Below are positions 49,136 to 62,548 of a stretch of DNA of 64,000 nucleotides, one piece after another. Where the stretch lies: NCBI GenBank assembly GCA_965227515.1, contig CBDDFZ010000001.1, positions 2,304,001 through 2,368,000 on the forward strand, given 5' to 3'. Position 1 is the stretch's first letter; each line of letters opens with the position of its first letter. A program made the translations under genes and the position numbers. Source of the stretch: Alphaproteobacteria bacterium (GTDB lineage: Bacteria; Pseudomonadota; Alphaproteobacteria; CALKHQ01). The notes below the pieces were generated by a model that was given only the letters and a program-made list of their open reading frames with translations, was not told where the DNA came from and searched no databases.

Positions 49136-50827
49136 ATGCTGCGGTCCCTCTCGATCCGCAATGTGGTTCTGATCGAGCGGCTCGAGTTGGCGTTCGAGCC
49201 TGGGCTGTGCGTGCTGACCGGCGAGACCGGGGCCGGCAAATCCATCCTTCTGGACTCGTTGGGCCTGGCGCTGGGCGGCCGGGCCGAGCCCGGTTTGGTG
49301 CGCGCCGGCCAAGCCCAAGCGGTTGTCGCCGCCGCGTTCGAGGTCGGCCACAACCACCCCGCCCGTGCCTATCTGCAGGAGCAGGGCCTGGACAGCGACG
49401 ACGACGACGTCATCGTGCTCCGGCGCCAACTCTCCAGCGACGGCCGCAGCCGCGGCTTCGTCAACGACACGCCGTCCAGTGCCCGCACCATGCGCGCGGT
49501 GGCGGCGTTCCTGATCGAGGTGCAGGGCCAGTTCGAGAGCCACGGCCTGCTCGACGCCAATGTGCACCGCGAAATGCTGGATGCCTTCGGGGAGGCGGCA
49601 CCGGCGGCGGCGGTGGTGGCATCGGCGCACGCCGCCCTGCGCGCGGCCGAGAAGCACCGGGACGAGATCGCCGCGCAGGCGCGCGACCTTGGCGCGCAGC
49701 GTGAGTTCCTGGTCCACGCCGTCGAGGAGTTCGATGGCCTTGCGCCGGAGGATGGCGAGGTCGCGCGGCTGGCGGACGAGCGCAATGCGCTGGTCCATCA
49801 GGAGCAGATCATCACCTCGCTCAGCGAGGCCATGGCCATGCTGGATGGCGACGGCGACGGTGCGGCCGGCGTTGCCGACAACGCGCGCGCCGCCCTCGGC
49901 CGGCTCGACCGGGCGGTCGCTCTCAGCGGCGATCGCCTGCGCTCGGTGGTCGAGGCGTTGGAACTGGCGGTGGTCCATGCCGAGGAGGCGGTGGCCGAAA
50001 TCAGGACCGCCGGCAGTGCGCTGGAAGCCGAGCCCGACCGGCTGGCCGCCGTCGACGACCGGTTGCATGCGTTGCAGGGGCTGGCCCGCAAGCACGGTGT
50101 CGAGGCCGATGCGTTGCCGGCGTTGGGCGTGCGGTTGCGGGCGGAACTGGACGACATCGAGAACATGGATGCCAGGGTCGCGGCAGCCGCCCATGCGGTG
50201 GAGGAGGCGCGGCAGGCGTTCGATGCCGCGTGCGGCGTGCTGAGCGCGCAACGGGCGACGGCGGCCGAGGCCCTGGCCGAGCAGATCAACGCCGAGCTGC
50301 CGGCCTTGCGGCTGGCCGATGCCGCGTTCCGCGTCGACCTGGTGCTGCGCGCGCCGGAGGACTGGTCGCAGCATGGTGCGGAGACGGTCGCGTTCGTCGC
50401 CCGCACCAACCCAGGGTCCGCGTTCGGTCCGTTGCACAAGGTGGCCTCGGGCGGCGAGTTGGCGCGCTTCCTGTTGGCGCTGAAGGTGGTGCTGGCGGGC
50501 GGCCAGGCGGTGCCGAGCCTGATCTTCGACGAGGTCGACAGCGGCGTCGGCGGCGCCACGGCGGCGGCGGTCGGCGAGCGGCTGGCCCGGCTGGCCAACG
50601 ACGTGCAAATGCTGGTGGTGACCCACTCGCCGCAGGTGGCGGCGCGGGGTGCGCATCACTGGCTGGTCGCCAAGTCGGCCAACGACGGCGAGACGGTGAC
50701 CGCGGTCCGCCGCCTCGACGATGGCGAGCGGCGCGAGGAGATCGCGCGCATGCTGTCGGCGGCGGAGATCACCGACGAGGCGCGGGCGGCGGCCGAGCGG
50801 CTGCTGGAGCCCGGCCGTGCGGCCTGA
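49136..50827 (+). CDS. recN: DNA repair protein RecN
   Basis: GETGAGKS, ASGGE, FDEVD, THSPQVA. Confidence 0.96.
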   Translation: MLRSLSIRNVVLIERLELAFEPGLCVLTGETGAGKSILLDSLGLALGGRAEPGLVRAGQAQAVVAAAFEVGHNHPARAYLQEQGLDSDDDDVIVLRRQLSSDGRSRGFVNDTPSSARTMRAVAAFLIEVQGQFESHGLLDANVHREMLDAFGEAAPAAAVVASAHAALRAAEKHRDEIAAQARDLGAQREFLVHAVEEFDGLAPEDGEVARLADERNALVHQEQIITSLSEAMAMLDGDGDGAAGVADNARAALGRLDRAVALSGDRLRSVVEALELAVVHAEEAVAEIRTAGSALEAEPDRLAAVDDRLHALQGLARKHGVEADALPALGVRLRAELDDIENMDARVAAAAHAVEEARQAFDAACGVLSAQRATAAEALAEQINAELPALRLADAAFRVDLVLRAPEDWSQHGAETVAFVARTNPGSAFGPLHKVASGGELARFLLALKVVLAGGQAVPSLIFDEVDSGVGGATAAAVGERLARLANDVQMLVVTHSPQVAARGAHHWLVAKSANDGETVTAVRRLDDGERREEIARMLSAAEITDEARAAAERLLEPGRAA

Positions 50828-52978
<2,151 letters not shown>

Positions 52979-53011
52979 GCCGCCGAGATCGCACAATGGG
53001 GGGCAAACCGA

Positions 53012-53548
53012 ATGATATCCGCAAGAATTGCCGCAATGGCGCTAGCCGTGCCGCTGTTTTTGGCGGCGGGCACAGCCCAGGCCGAGGATGTGATCACCGA
53101 TGAGCAACTGGTCGGCCTGATCGCGGAGCGCCTGATCGAGGCCGATGCGATCATGGAGTTCGACGATCCGGACTTCGCGCCGATGCCTGTCGGCCTGGTC
53201 GCCCAGCAATTGGTGTCGCCGCAGATGATCGCGTTCCGCGCCTTCGACTGCGCCGATCGCTTCGAGCGGCGATCGCCCGACTATCGCCAGTGTGCCGATC
53301 GCCAGGTGGAAGCGAAGATCGACTTCAGCGAATTGCAGATCATCGTGATCGGCGAGGGCCGGCTGTCCGACCTGGATCATGAAGCGGCGATCTTCTTTGT
53401 CGGCGAGCCGGAGCGGCTGTGCTGCTACTTCGTGACCGAGGCGCTGGGCATGCCGCACGTGCATGACAGCGCGAGGCTGCTGATGTCGGCCGACGCGGCC
53501 GAACGGGTCCTGCCGCTGCTGGAGGACTTCGCCGAGCGGCACAAATAA
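53012..53548 (+). CDS. Secreted hypothetical protein
   Basis: Signal peptide ending AQA, host-like codons; no family recognised. Confidence 0.6.
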   Translation: MISARIAAMALAVPLFLAAGTAQAEDVITDEQLVGLIAERLIEADAIMEFDDPDFAPMPVGLVAQQLVSPQMIAFRAFDCADRFERRSPDYRQCADRQVEAKIDFSELQIIVIGEGRLSDLDHEAAIFFVGEPERLCCYFVTEALGMPHVHDSARLLMSADAAERVLPLLEDFAERHK

Positions 53549-53564
53549 CGCGCCACCGGCCGCG

Positions 53565-54137
53565 TCACGCACCCAGGATGGCGCCGGCCATGGTGTCGAC
53601 TGCCGCGTCCTGATCCAGCCCTGCTCCGCGCACCAGCGTGCGCCAGGTATGGAAGCTCAGCGCCAGGTGCAGCATCGCCGCTTGCCGCGTGTCCAGACCG
53701 GCGCCGAGAACTTCGTGATAGGCGGCGAAGTACGGGCCTATCCTGAGCTGTGTCACTTCACGGGTGAGCGCGTGGTTCTCGGCGTCGCGCAAGACGCACG
53801 CGTTGAGTTGCTCTCCGCGCGCGAACCAAGTGTAAATCTCGCCGAGCGCGGTGCGTAGGCGGCTATCGAGCGCGTTGATCTCGGTCCAGGGCTTGGCGTC
53901 AGGCGGCGGGTCGCGCTCGCTTGCCAGCCCGGAGCAAGCCATCAGCAGGCTGCGCTCGTCCGGGAAGTGCGCATAGAGGGTGTTGCGCTGCACCCCGGCC
54001 CGCTCGGCCACCATGCTGAGCGACGTGCGGGCCGGGCCGACGGTGCCGTGCAAGTCGATCGCCGCCTCGACGATGCGCTGCCGCGTTTCGGCCTGTTTTT
54101 CCGCGCGGCGCTTCAAGGTGTATGGACGGGGAGGCAT
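53565..54137 (-). CDS. TetR-family transcriptional regulator
   Basis: TRQRIVEAA...VAERAGVQRNTLYAHF HTH. Confidence 0.9.
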   Translation of the reverse strand: MPPRPYTLKRRAEKQAETRQRIVEAAIDLHGTVGPARTSLSMVAERAGVQRNTLYAHFPDERSLLMACSGLASERDPPPDAKPWTEINALDSRLRTALGEIYTWFARGEQLNACVLRDAENHALTREVTQLRIGPYFAAYHEVLGAGLDTRQAAMLHLALSFHTWRTLVRGAGLDQDAAVDTMAGAILGA

Positions 54138-54165
54138 TTTCACTACACACCACTGCGCAATGATA

Positions 54166-54196
54166 TTGACATCGCGTTTTCACTGCACATATATGT
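54166..54196 (+). promoter_or_regulatory. Sigma70-like promoter overlapped by a palindromic putative TetR operator
   Basis: TTGACA (54166) - 17 bp - ATATAT; palindrome ACATATATGT at 54187-54196. Confidence 0.5.
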
Positions 54197-54248
54197 CTCG
54201 CGAAATTGCGCATTGTCCAGCCCTGAGACTCGGCAAGTGGAAAGCACC

Positions 54249-54992
54249 ATGGAAACCCGCACTGACGAAATCGCCGACGGCATATTCCGGCTCTCGACCT
54301 TCGTGTCCGAGGTGGCACCGCCCGCAGGCTTCACCTTCAACCAGTTCCTGGTGCTGGGTGACGAGCCGCTGCTGTTCCACACCGGACCCCGGCGGATGTT
54401 TCCGCTGGTGCGCGACGCGGTGGCGCGAGTCATAGCGCCGGAGCGGCTGCGTTGGATCACCTTCGGCCATGTCGAGGCGGACGAGTGCGGCGCGATGAAC
54501 GAATGGCTTGCGGCAGCGCCGCGTGCCGAGGTCGCGCACGGGCGCGTCGGCTGCGAGGTGTCCGTGAATGACATGTCGGACCGACCGCCACGAGCGTTGG
54601 CCGATGGCGAGATCATCGACCTCGGCGGGGCCAGGTGGGTGCGCTACATTGAGACCCCGCATACCCCGCATGGCTGGGACGCAGGCCTGATGTTCGAGGA
54701 AACGACCGGCACGCTGTTCTGCGGCGACCTGTTCACTCAACTCGGTGACCGCGCCGCCGTGGTGGAGGACGATATCGTCGGTCCAGCGATCCAGGCCGAG
54801 GACATGATCCAGTACTCCGCCCTCAATCCGAACATGGGCGCGACCATCCGCCGGCTGGCGGACTTCAAGCCACGCACCCTGGCGCTGATGCACGGCCCGT
54901 CATACGCCGGCGACGGTGCGGTGGCTTTGAGTGCGCTGGCCGACGATTACGACCGCCGTGTCGCCGCGCGACCGGCCTTGGCTGTCGCCTGA
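54249..54992 (+). CDS. Metallo-beta-lactamase-fold protein (FprA/ODP-like, single domain)
   Basis: GHVEADE, PHTPH, GDLF, MHG motifs. Confidence 0.82.
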   Translation: METRTDEIADGIFRLSTFVSEVAPPAGFTFNQFLVLGDEPLLFHTGPRRMFPLVRDAVARVIAPERLRWITFGHVEADECGAMNEWLAAAPRAEVAHGRVGCEVSVNDMSDRPPRALADGEIIDLGGARWVRYIETPHTPHGWDAGLMFEETTGTLFCGDLFTQLGDRAAVVEDDIVGPAIQAEDMIQYSALNPNMGATIRRLADFKPRTLALMHGPSYAGDGAVALSALADDYDRRVAARPALAVA

Positions 54993-55112
54993 GCTGCCTG
55001 AGCTGCTGCGGCCCCTCACGCCCGAAGCTGCGTCGCGGCGCGGCGGAGCCGGCTCGTAGTTTGGCGGGCTGGGTTGGCGCCGGCTGGCAAGGCGCCGGCT
55101 GTGAAGGCGCGT

Positions 55113-55763
55113 CTATTCCGTCACGTCGGAAGCGTGATCCAGATACCGTCCCGGGCCGCGGTCGGTGCCGTGGTACTCGAACACCAGCGGCACGCCGGTA
55201 GGGATTTCCACCGTCGGGATTGCCTCGGTGTCGTACTCGCCCAGCACCACCAGCATGGCGCGCACCGTGTTGCCGTGGGCGGCGATCAGCACGTTCTGGC
55301 CGGCCTCGACCAGCGGCTTGATGTGCGCCTCCCAATACGGGCCGACGCGGGCCGCCACATCCTCTAGGCTCTCGCCGCCGGGCGGACGGGTGGAATAGCT
55401 GCGCCGCCACAGCCGCACCTGTTCGTCGCCGAACTTCTTCGCCGTCTCCGCCTTGTTGAGCCCGATCAGGTCGCCATAGTTGCGCTCGCGAAGGTCGTCG
55501 TGGCGGGTCATTGTCCAGCCATCGCCGTCGCGCAGATGGGCGTTGACCTCGCCGCTGGCCTCAAGCGCGATCTCGGCGGTGCGGATGGCGCGCGTCAGCG
55601 TGGACGTGAACACGGTGTCGAACCGGATATGCGTCATGCGCGCGCCGCCGGCGGCCGCCTCCGCTTCGCCGGTCTCCGTCAGGTCGACGTCTTTCCATCC
55701 GGTAAACCGGTTCTCCAGGTTCCACTGGCTCTGGCCGTGGCGCAACAGCACGAGATAGCTCAT
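55113..55763 (-). CDS. gpmA: 2,3-BPG-dependent phosphoglycerate mutase
   Basis: LRHGQSQWNLENRFTGW, ERNYG, WRRSY, AHGN. Confidence 0.94.
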   Translation of the reverse strand: MSYLVLLRHGQSQWNLENRFTGWKDVDLTETGEAEAAAGGARMTHIRFDTVFTSTLTRAIRTAEIALEASGEVNAHLRDGDGWTMTRHDDLRERNYGDLIGLNKAETAKKFGDEQVRLWRRSYSTRPPGGESLEDVAARVGPYWEAHIKPLVEAGQNVLIAAHGNTVRAMLVVLGEYDTEAIPTVEIPTGVPLVFEYHGTDRGPGRYLDHASDVTE

Positions 55764-55920
55764 ATTCGCGGTTCCCTTGGGGCTGGGTCTCCATGATTTG
55801 AGCCAAGTTCGAACAGAAACACCTTCCAGGCGCAAGGCCCCCGTGCGATTTTTGTATGAACCGGCGGCTGGTATAATGCGACCAAGAAAACTGAACATGT
55901 TCGTCGGTCTGGAGGGTTCG

Positions 55921-56412
55921 ATGTCCATACGTTCGATGGCCCCGCGGGCAGGGTCGCTTGTCGGTGTGCTTGGCGCGCTCGCCTTGCTGGCGGCCTGTCA
56001 ATCCGACACGACGACGGGCGGGCCGCAGACCGCGCCCCCTATCGAAATCGGCAGCGCGTCGATGCCGACCTGGATTACGATCTGGGAGCACGACCCGCAG
56101 ACCTGCAGCGCCACCACGGGTACCTGCTCCATGAACATCCGCATCGGCGAGGAAACACCCAGGGCCGATGTCATCACGGTCACATTCCCCTCGATCGACG
56201 GCGATGGGCCGCCGATCGGGGCGCCGTTCGTGTTCGTCGACGGCAGCAACGGCGCGACCGATCTGGACGACGCCCTGGCCAGCCTGCTGTCCGACGCCAA
56301 TGACAACCCGATTGGCGTTTGCGGTTGGACCAAGGGCACGGCGGCGGCGCTCTCCATCCACGTGCTGGCGGTCAGCCGCAATGCGCCGACCGAGCCCGGG
56401 GCCTGCAACTAG
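55921..56412 (+). CDS. Hypothetical lipoprotein
   Basis: GGAGGG RBS, lipobox LAAC. Confidence 0.6.
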   Translation: MSIRSMAPRAGSLVGVLGALALLAACQSDTTTGGPQTAPPIEIGSASMPTWITIWEHDPQTCSATTGTCSMNIRIGEETPRADVITVTFPSIDGDGPPIGAPFVFVDGSNGATDLDDALASLLSDANDNPIGVCGWTKGTAAALSIHVLAVSRNAPTEPGACN

Positions 56413-56502
56413 CTCATCGTCGCCTCCCGCTCTTCCACCTGTTGCGCTGATCCCTGCCTTGCCGGATAAGGGGGCGCGATCCGATTCCTGGGAGAGACTG
56501 GC

Positions 56503-57897
<1,395 letters not shown>

Positions 57898-57934
57898 GTC
57901 CCAATTGGCGCGTAGGTATTTCCACCCAAGTCAT

Positions 57935-58112
57935 CGTCGCCCTCGCCCTTGTGGCGAGGGCCCATGGATGTGCCGGGCTCGTTTCGCTACCGGGACCACT
58001 GGTCTCGGTGCGAAACGCGATTCAGGTGAGCGCCAGTTGAGGTTTGGAACATCGTTCATGCTGTCGGCGCATGGGACAAGAATGGGTCCTCGCCACAAGG
58101 GCGAGGACGACG
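57935..58112. repeat. REP-like (CGTC-type) inverted pair
   Basis: 33-mer identical to 18885-18917 at 57935-57967; inverted partner at 58082-58112. Confidence 0.8.
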
Positions 58113-58146
58113 GGTCTTTTGCTGTTGAGCGGTATGAAGCTCGGCA

Positions 58147-58416
58147 GTGGCCAAGGCCGTGACCGCTATTCTTGCCAACGATGAGGTTGCCAGGCTCACC
58201 GGCCCCGGCGCCCGCGCGACCAAGCGCTCGGTCACCATTGCCGGCCACCGCACCAGCGTGTCGCTGGAGCAGGCCTACTGGGACACGCTGCAGGCGGAGG
58301 CGGCGCGGCGCGGCGTTTCGCTGGCGGCCCTGATCGCCGCCATAGACGAGGCGCGCACCGGCAACCTCTCCGGCGCGCTCAGGGTATTCGTGCTGGGACT
58401 GGGAACGTCAGGCTGA
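58147..58416 (+). CDS. Ribbon-helix-helix (RHH_4) domain protein
   Basis: KRSVTIAGHRTSVSLE...NLSGALRVFVL. Confidence 0.85.
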   Translation: MAKAVTAILANDEVARLTGPGARATKRSVTIAGHRTSVSLEQAYWDTLQAEAARRGVSLAALIAAIDEARTGNLSGALRVFVLGLGTSG

Positions 58417-58797
58417 CGCGGCCGCCACCAGTTCGACCTCGACCTTGAACTCGGGCCGCGCGAAGCCGGACACGATCATCAGCGTGCTGGCGGGCGGCGG
58501 GTCGGTGACGTAGCGGTCGCGCACGGCCATGTAGTCTGGCAGATGCGCGCGGTCTGTGACGTAGGCGTTCAGGCGCACCACGTCGCCGAAGCCCATGCCG
58601 GCCTCGGCCAGGATGCGGCCCAGCGCCTGGAAGATCAGGTCGGCCTGTTCGCCGGCGCCCTCGGGAATGTGCTTGTCAGGGGTGATGCCGAGCTGGCCGG
58701 AGACGAACAGCATGCGGCTGCCGGCCGGCACCTCCACCGCGTGGGCGTAGCGCGCGAACGGCGGATGCACCGCCGCGACGTCGGTGAGGTGTTTCAC
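58408..58797 (-). CDS. RidA/YjgF family protein
   Basis: YAHAV, FVSGQL, PPAST, KVEVE. Confidence 0.88.
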   Translation of the reverse strand: MKHLTDVAAVHPPFARYAHAVEVPAGSRMLFVSGQLGITPDKHIPEGAGEQADLIFQALGRILAEAGMGFGDVVRLNAYVTDRAHLPDYMAVRDRYVTDPPPASTLMIVSGFARPEFKVEVELVAAASA

Positions 58798-59516
58798 AGG
58801 CTAGTCCCCTCGGTCTCGACCTGACCGAGGATGGCGGCGGGGTCTGGCAGGTCGACGAACACGCAGTCCGCCAACCAGCGGCCAATATTGCGCGTCAGCG
58901 CCGCCGGGCCATGCGCCTCGAACGTGCCGTCGGCCTTGGCCGCGCGATACGTGGTTCGTCCCATCCAGGCGTCGGTCATGGTGCGCACTGAAGTGTTGAT
59001 GTAGATGTCGACGTCATGGCCGGGATCGCTGGTGCAAACGTCCACTGCGTCGCCGCCGACAACGATCCACCAGTGTTGCAATCCCTCGAGGTCCGCAAAC
59101 TGAAACCGGATCACCGCCTTGCCTCCCGGCAGCATTTCCGGGCGGATGCTTCGTTCCAGATAGAGCATCAGGAGCTCGACGTTGTAGTCCTGGTCGTTCA
59201 TGTGATCGCGCGTCCACTCCATGCCCCAGCGGCCAAGCGCCAACAGGATGGGCAGCAATTGGCGGCACGGTTCGGTCGGCAAGTATTCGTGGCCGCGCTG
59301 GCCAGGAATGCGACGCTTGTAGACCAGGCCATAGCGCACAAGCGTGTCCAGGCGCTTGGCCAGGATGGTCGGCGAGATCTGGCCAAGACCCCGCTCCAGC
59401 GCGCTGAAGCGGTGGCCGCCCATGAGCAGTTCGCGCACGATCAGCAGGGTCCACTTTTCGCCCAGGATTTCCGTCGCTTTGGCAATGGGACAAAACTGGC
59501 CGTATTGAGCGGTCAC
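58794..59516 (-). CDS. HxlR-family regulator with an SCP2-like C-terminal domain
   Basis: YGQFCPIAKATEILGEKWTLLIVREL winged HTH; WWIVV...VDVC...DPG tail. Confidence 0.85.
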   Translation of the reverse strand: MTAQYGQFCPIAKATEILGEKWTLLIVRELLMGGHRFSALERGLGQISPTILAKRLDTLVRYGLVYKRRIPGQRGHEYLPTEPCRQLLPILLALGRWGMEWTRDHMNDQDYNVELLMLYLERSIRPEMLPGGKAVIRFQFADLEGLQHWWIVVGGDAVDVCTSDPGHDVDIYINTSVRTMTDAWMGRTTYRAAKADGTFEAHGPAALTRNIGRWLADCVFVDLPDPAAILGQVETEGTSL

Positions 59517-59665
59517 GCTCGTAACTCCAAAAAACGTAGTTGGTTGCTCCTGATCCTATAGCCGGTCGCTCCCGGTTGTGAAGTATCTGCGCGTCGCCAT
59601 GGCTCCTATCGCTGTTGTCACCCGGTCCACGGCGGATCGGACGCCGACAATCGAGGAGACATGAA

Positions 59666-60250
59666 ATGACGACCGACAAAATTGCCGACGACCGTCAGGC
59701 GGCAAGCCAGGCACAACAGACCTTGCGCGAGCTGGAGGACAAACTCGGCTTCGTGCCGAACGTGTTTGGCGTACTGGGCGACACGCCAAACATTCTTCAG
59801 GCGCTGGCGACCATGAACGCATGCTTCGCCCAGGGCGGTCTGGATGAGGTGGAGCGGGAGATCGTCCAGCTTGCCGTCAGTGTGGTGAACGGGTGCGGCT
59901 ATTGCGTGGCCGGCCATACCGCGTTTGCCACCGCACTCGGCATGCCGGAAGTGGATATCGATGCCCTGCGCCAGTCGCGCCCGCTGGCCGACCCTCGGCA
60001 TGAGGCGCTGCGCCGCTTCGCAACGACCCTGGCCGCCGGCAAGGGGCGCGGCGCGGCCGCCGAACACGCTGCGTTCCGGGCCGCCGGCTACAGCCACGCG
60101 CAAACGTTGGATGTGGTGCTGGGCACTGCGGTGAAGGTGTTCACCAACACGTTGGCGATCCTGCTGAGGATTCCGGCGGACGATGCCTTCCGGCCCTACG
60201 CCTGGGTCGCGCCGACGGCCGAAGCTCCCCAGCACACCGCCGCTGCCTGA
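59666..60250 (+). CDS. Carboxymuconolactone decarboxylase/AhpD-family protein
   Basis: LGFVPN, EREIVQLAVSVVNGCGYCVAGH. Confidence 0.88.
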   Translation: MTTDKIADDRQAASQAQQTLRELEDKLGFVPNVFGVLGDTPNILQALATMNACFAQGGLDEVEREIVQLAVSVVNGCGYCVAGHTAFATALGMPEVDIDALRQSRPLADPRHEALRRFATTLAAGKGRGAAAEHAAFRAAGYSHAQTLDVVLGTAVKVFTNTLAILLRIPADDAFRPYAWVAPTAEAPQHTAAA

Positions 60251-60277
60251 ACCGGCGCGCAACAAGGAGTGATCCCG

Positions 60278-61327
60278 ATGAATCAGGACAAGCTAATGAC
60301 GTTGCTCGGCCGCATCGTCGGCGACCTGGGGGCTGCCTACTCTGTGCCCCTGGTTCGCCTGGGCGAACAACTTGGCCTCTATGCCGCGCTGCGGGACCAC
60401 GGCCCGCTGACCAGCGAGGACCTGGCCTCAAGGGCGGGTTGTGCGGAGCGCTATGTCCGCGAGTGGGCAGCCAACCAGGCCGCGGGCGGCTATATCGAGC
60501 ACGACGCCGGCACCGGAACCTTCGCGCTGACGCCGGAACAGGCGGCGGTCTTCGCCGACCCGGACGGTCCAGTCTATATGCTGGGTGCGTTCGACAACGC
60601 GGTGTCCGGGATCGAGAACCAGGCCAAGGTGCACGCGGCGTTCCAAAACGGTGACGGCGTCGCGTGGGGCGATCAGGCGAGTTGCATGTTCTGTGCAGTG
60701 GCCAAGTTCTTTCGTCCCGGCTATCGCGCCAACCTGATCGACAACTGGCTGCCGGCGCTGGATGGCGTGGTCGAAAAACTCCGGCTAGGCGGCCGCATTG
60801 CCGATGTCGGTTGCGGCCACGGCCACTCGACCCTGCTGATGGCCGAGGCGTTTCCCGATGCCTATGTCGTCGGCTTCGACTTCCATGCCGCTTCGATCGC
60901 GGAAGCCAACGCTCATGCATCGGTGCACGGCCTGTCCAACCTGCGCTTTGAAGAGGCAACGGCCAAGGACTTCGGCGGCGGAACCTACGACCTCGTCACC
61001 TTCTTCGACTGCCTGCACGACATGGGCGATCCTGACGGCGCAATGGCGAACGCGCGGAACCTGCTGGCACCGGGCGGCACGATCATGATTGTAGAGCCTA
61101 TGGCGCAGGACGAACTTGTGGGGAACCTGAACCCGGTCGGACGGCTCTACTATGCCGCTTCGACCATGATCTGCCTGCCAACGTCATTGGCGCAGGAGAA
61201 GGGTGCTGCGCTGGGCGCACAGGCCGGCGAGGCCAGGTTGCGCGAAGTGATCAAGGCCGGCGGGTTCTCGCGTGTGCGTCGCGCCGCGGAGACGCCGTTC
61301 AACATGGTGTTGGAAGCAAGAGCCTGA
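60278..61327 (+). CDS. Class I SAM-dependent methyltransferase with an N-terminal winged helix
   Basis: ERYVREW HTH; DVGCGHG; FDCLHDMGDP; LGAQAGE. Confidence 0.88.
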   Translation: MNQDKLMTLLGRIVGDLGAAYSVPLVRLGEQLGLYAALRDHGPLTSEDLASRAGCAERYVREWAANQAAGGYIEHDAGTGTFALTPEQAAVFADPDGPVYMLGAFDNAVSGIENQAKVHAAFQNGDGVAWGDQASCMFCAVAKFFRPGYRANLIDNWLPALDGVVEKLRLGGRIADVGCGHGHSTLLMAEAFPDAYVVGFDFHAASIAEANAHASVHGLSNLRFEEATAKDFGGGTYDLVTFFDCLHDMGDPDGAMANARNLLAPGGTIMIVEPMAQDELVGNLNPVGRLYYAASTMICLPTSLAQEKGAALGAQAGEARLREVIKAGGFSRVRRAAETPFNMVLEARA

Positions 61328-61684
61328 GCGATCTCTGGCCCGGCGTGCAAAAGGTCCAGCTATACGCAGTAGCGGACGGGCCCGATGCACGCTGGGCCGC
61401 TCAGCACAGGCTGAGGCCGATCGCGGCCAAAAGCAGCGCGTAGACCATCAAGCCCGACGTGAAATCGGCATTGCGGATCCAATAGGATCGGGGGTCGTAT
61501 GTGACGTCGTGTGGCATGGCCGGAATCCTGACAAAATTTGCCTCAATTACATGGGATCGCCCGGTCGCGGCCACAAGGCGGGCTGGCACAAACAAACGTG
61601 CGAAGGTGTGATGGCCGTCGCACTTCGCAGCCCGAGCCGGCATACTGCGCCGGGCAATAACGCGGGAACACGAGGAACGCTGCC

Positions 61685-62548
61685 ATGATTTGGACTGCCC
61701 AGACTTCGATACACCGAAGTTCGAATGGCCGGACGCTGCGTTCCGCCGCGGCACTCGCGCTCGGCTTGCTCGCCGCGCCGCTAGTGGCAAGTGCGGCGCT
61801 GGCCGACACGGTTTGGGACCACAACGGCTCCGAGATGCTGTGGCAGGCGAACGGCGACACCCGCGTCATCTCCTACCTGAACCCGCGCAGTGGCCTGCCG
61901 GTGGCACCCGGCACCGTGCTGTTCGAGGGCGAGCGCGACGGCGATGTCATGCAGGGCTATGCCCGTATCTTCCGCGATGGCTGTGAGCCGGCGCTCTACT
62001 GGGTGTCGGGCATCGTGGCGTCGGAGACCCACGTGGTGCTGCGCGGCGCGGCGCCCGTGCGTGCCGAGGGCAACTCCTGCGAGGTGGTGGGTTACGACCC
62101 GCGCTCGGGCAACTCGATCCTGGTGTTCGACTATCTGCGCCAGGCCAGTCCTGGCGAGGGCCAGATCAATGTGCTGCCGCCCGAGAACGTGCTCGACCCC
62201 CGACCCATCGGCCCGACCGACGAGGACCTCGGCCAGGACCCGCCGCCCGAGGAGCAGGGGACCCGGACCCAGTTCTTCGAGGTGCCGGGCATCGGCCAGG
62301 CGATTGTCGACATCAGGCTCGGCGTTGGCAGCCACGCGATGCCGGACCTCGCCGAAGTGGCCCTGATCTGCGCCGACGGCCGTCGTGTCGCCCTGCAGCC
62401 TGACACCGACGCCTATGCCTGCTCCTATGGCGACGCGCGCCACGACTTGATCTGGTCGTCGATCTATATCGAGCGCATGGTCTATGACCACAACACCGGC
62501 GCGTGCGTGCCGGACGAGGTGCTGTTCAGCTACGCCGGGGCGTGCTGA
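61685..62548 (+). CDS. Secreted hypothetical protein, two Cys-containing domains
   Basis: Signal peptide ending ALA; WDHNGS...GTVLFEG domain; GAGGA RBS. Confidence 0.65.
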   Translation: MIWTAQTSIHRSSNGRTLRSAAALALGLLAAPLVASAALADTVWDHNGSEMLWQANGDTRVISYLNPRSGLPVAPGTVLFEGERDGDVMQGYARIFRDGCEPALYWVSGIVASETHVVLRGAAPVRAEGNSCEVVGYDPRSGNSILVFDYLRQASPGEGQINVLPPENVLDPRPIGPTDEDLGQDPPPEEQGTRTQFFEVPGIGQAIVDIRLGVGSHAMPDLAEVALICADGRRVALQPDTDAYACSYGDARHDLIWSSIYIERMVYDHNTGACVPDEVLFSYAGAC

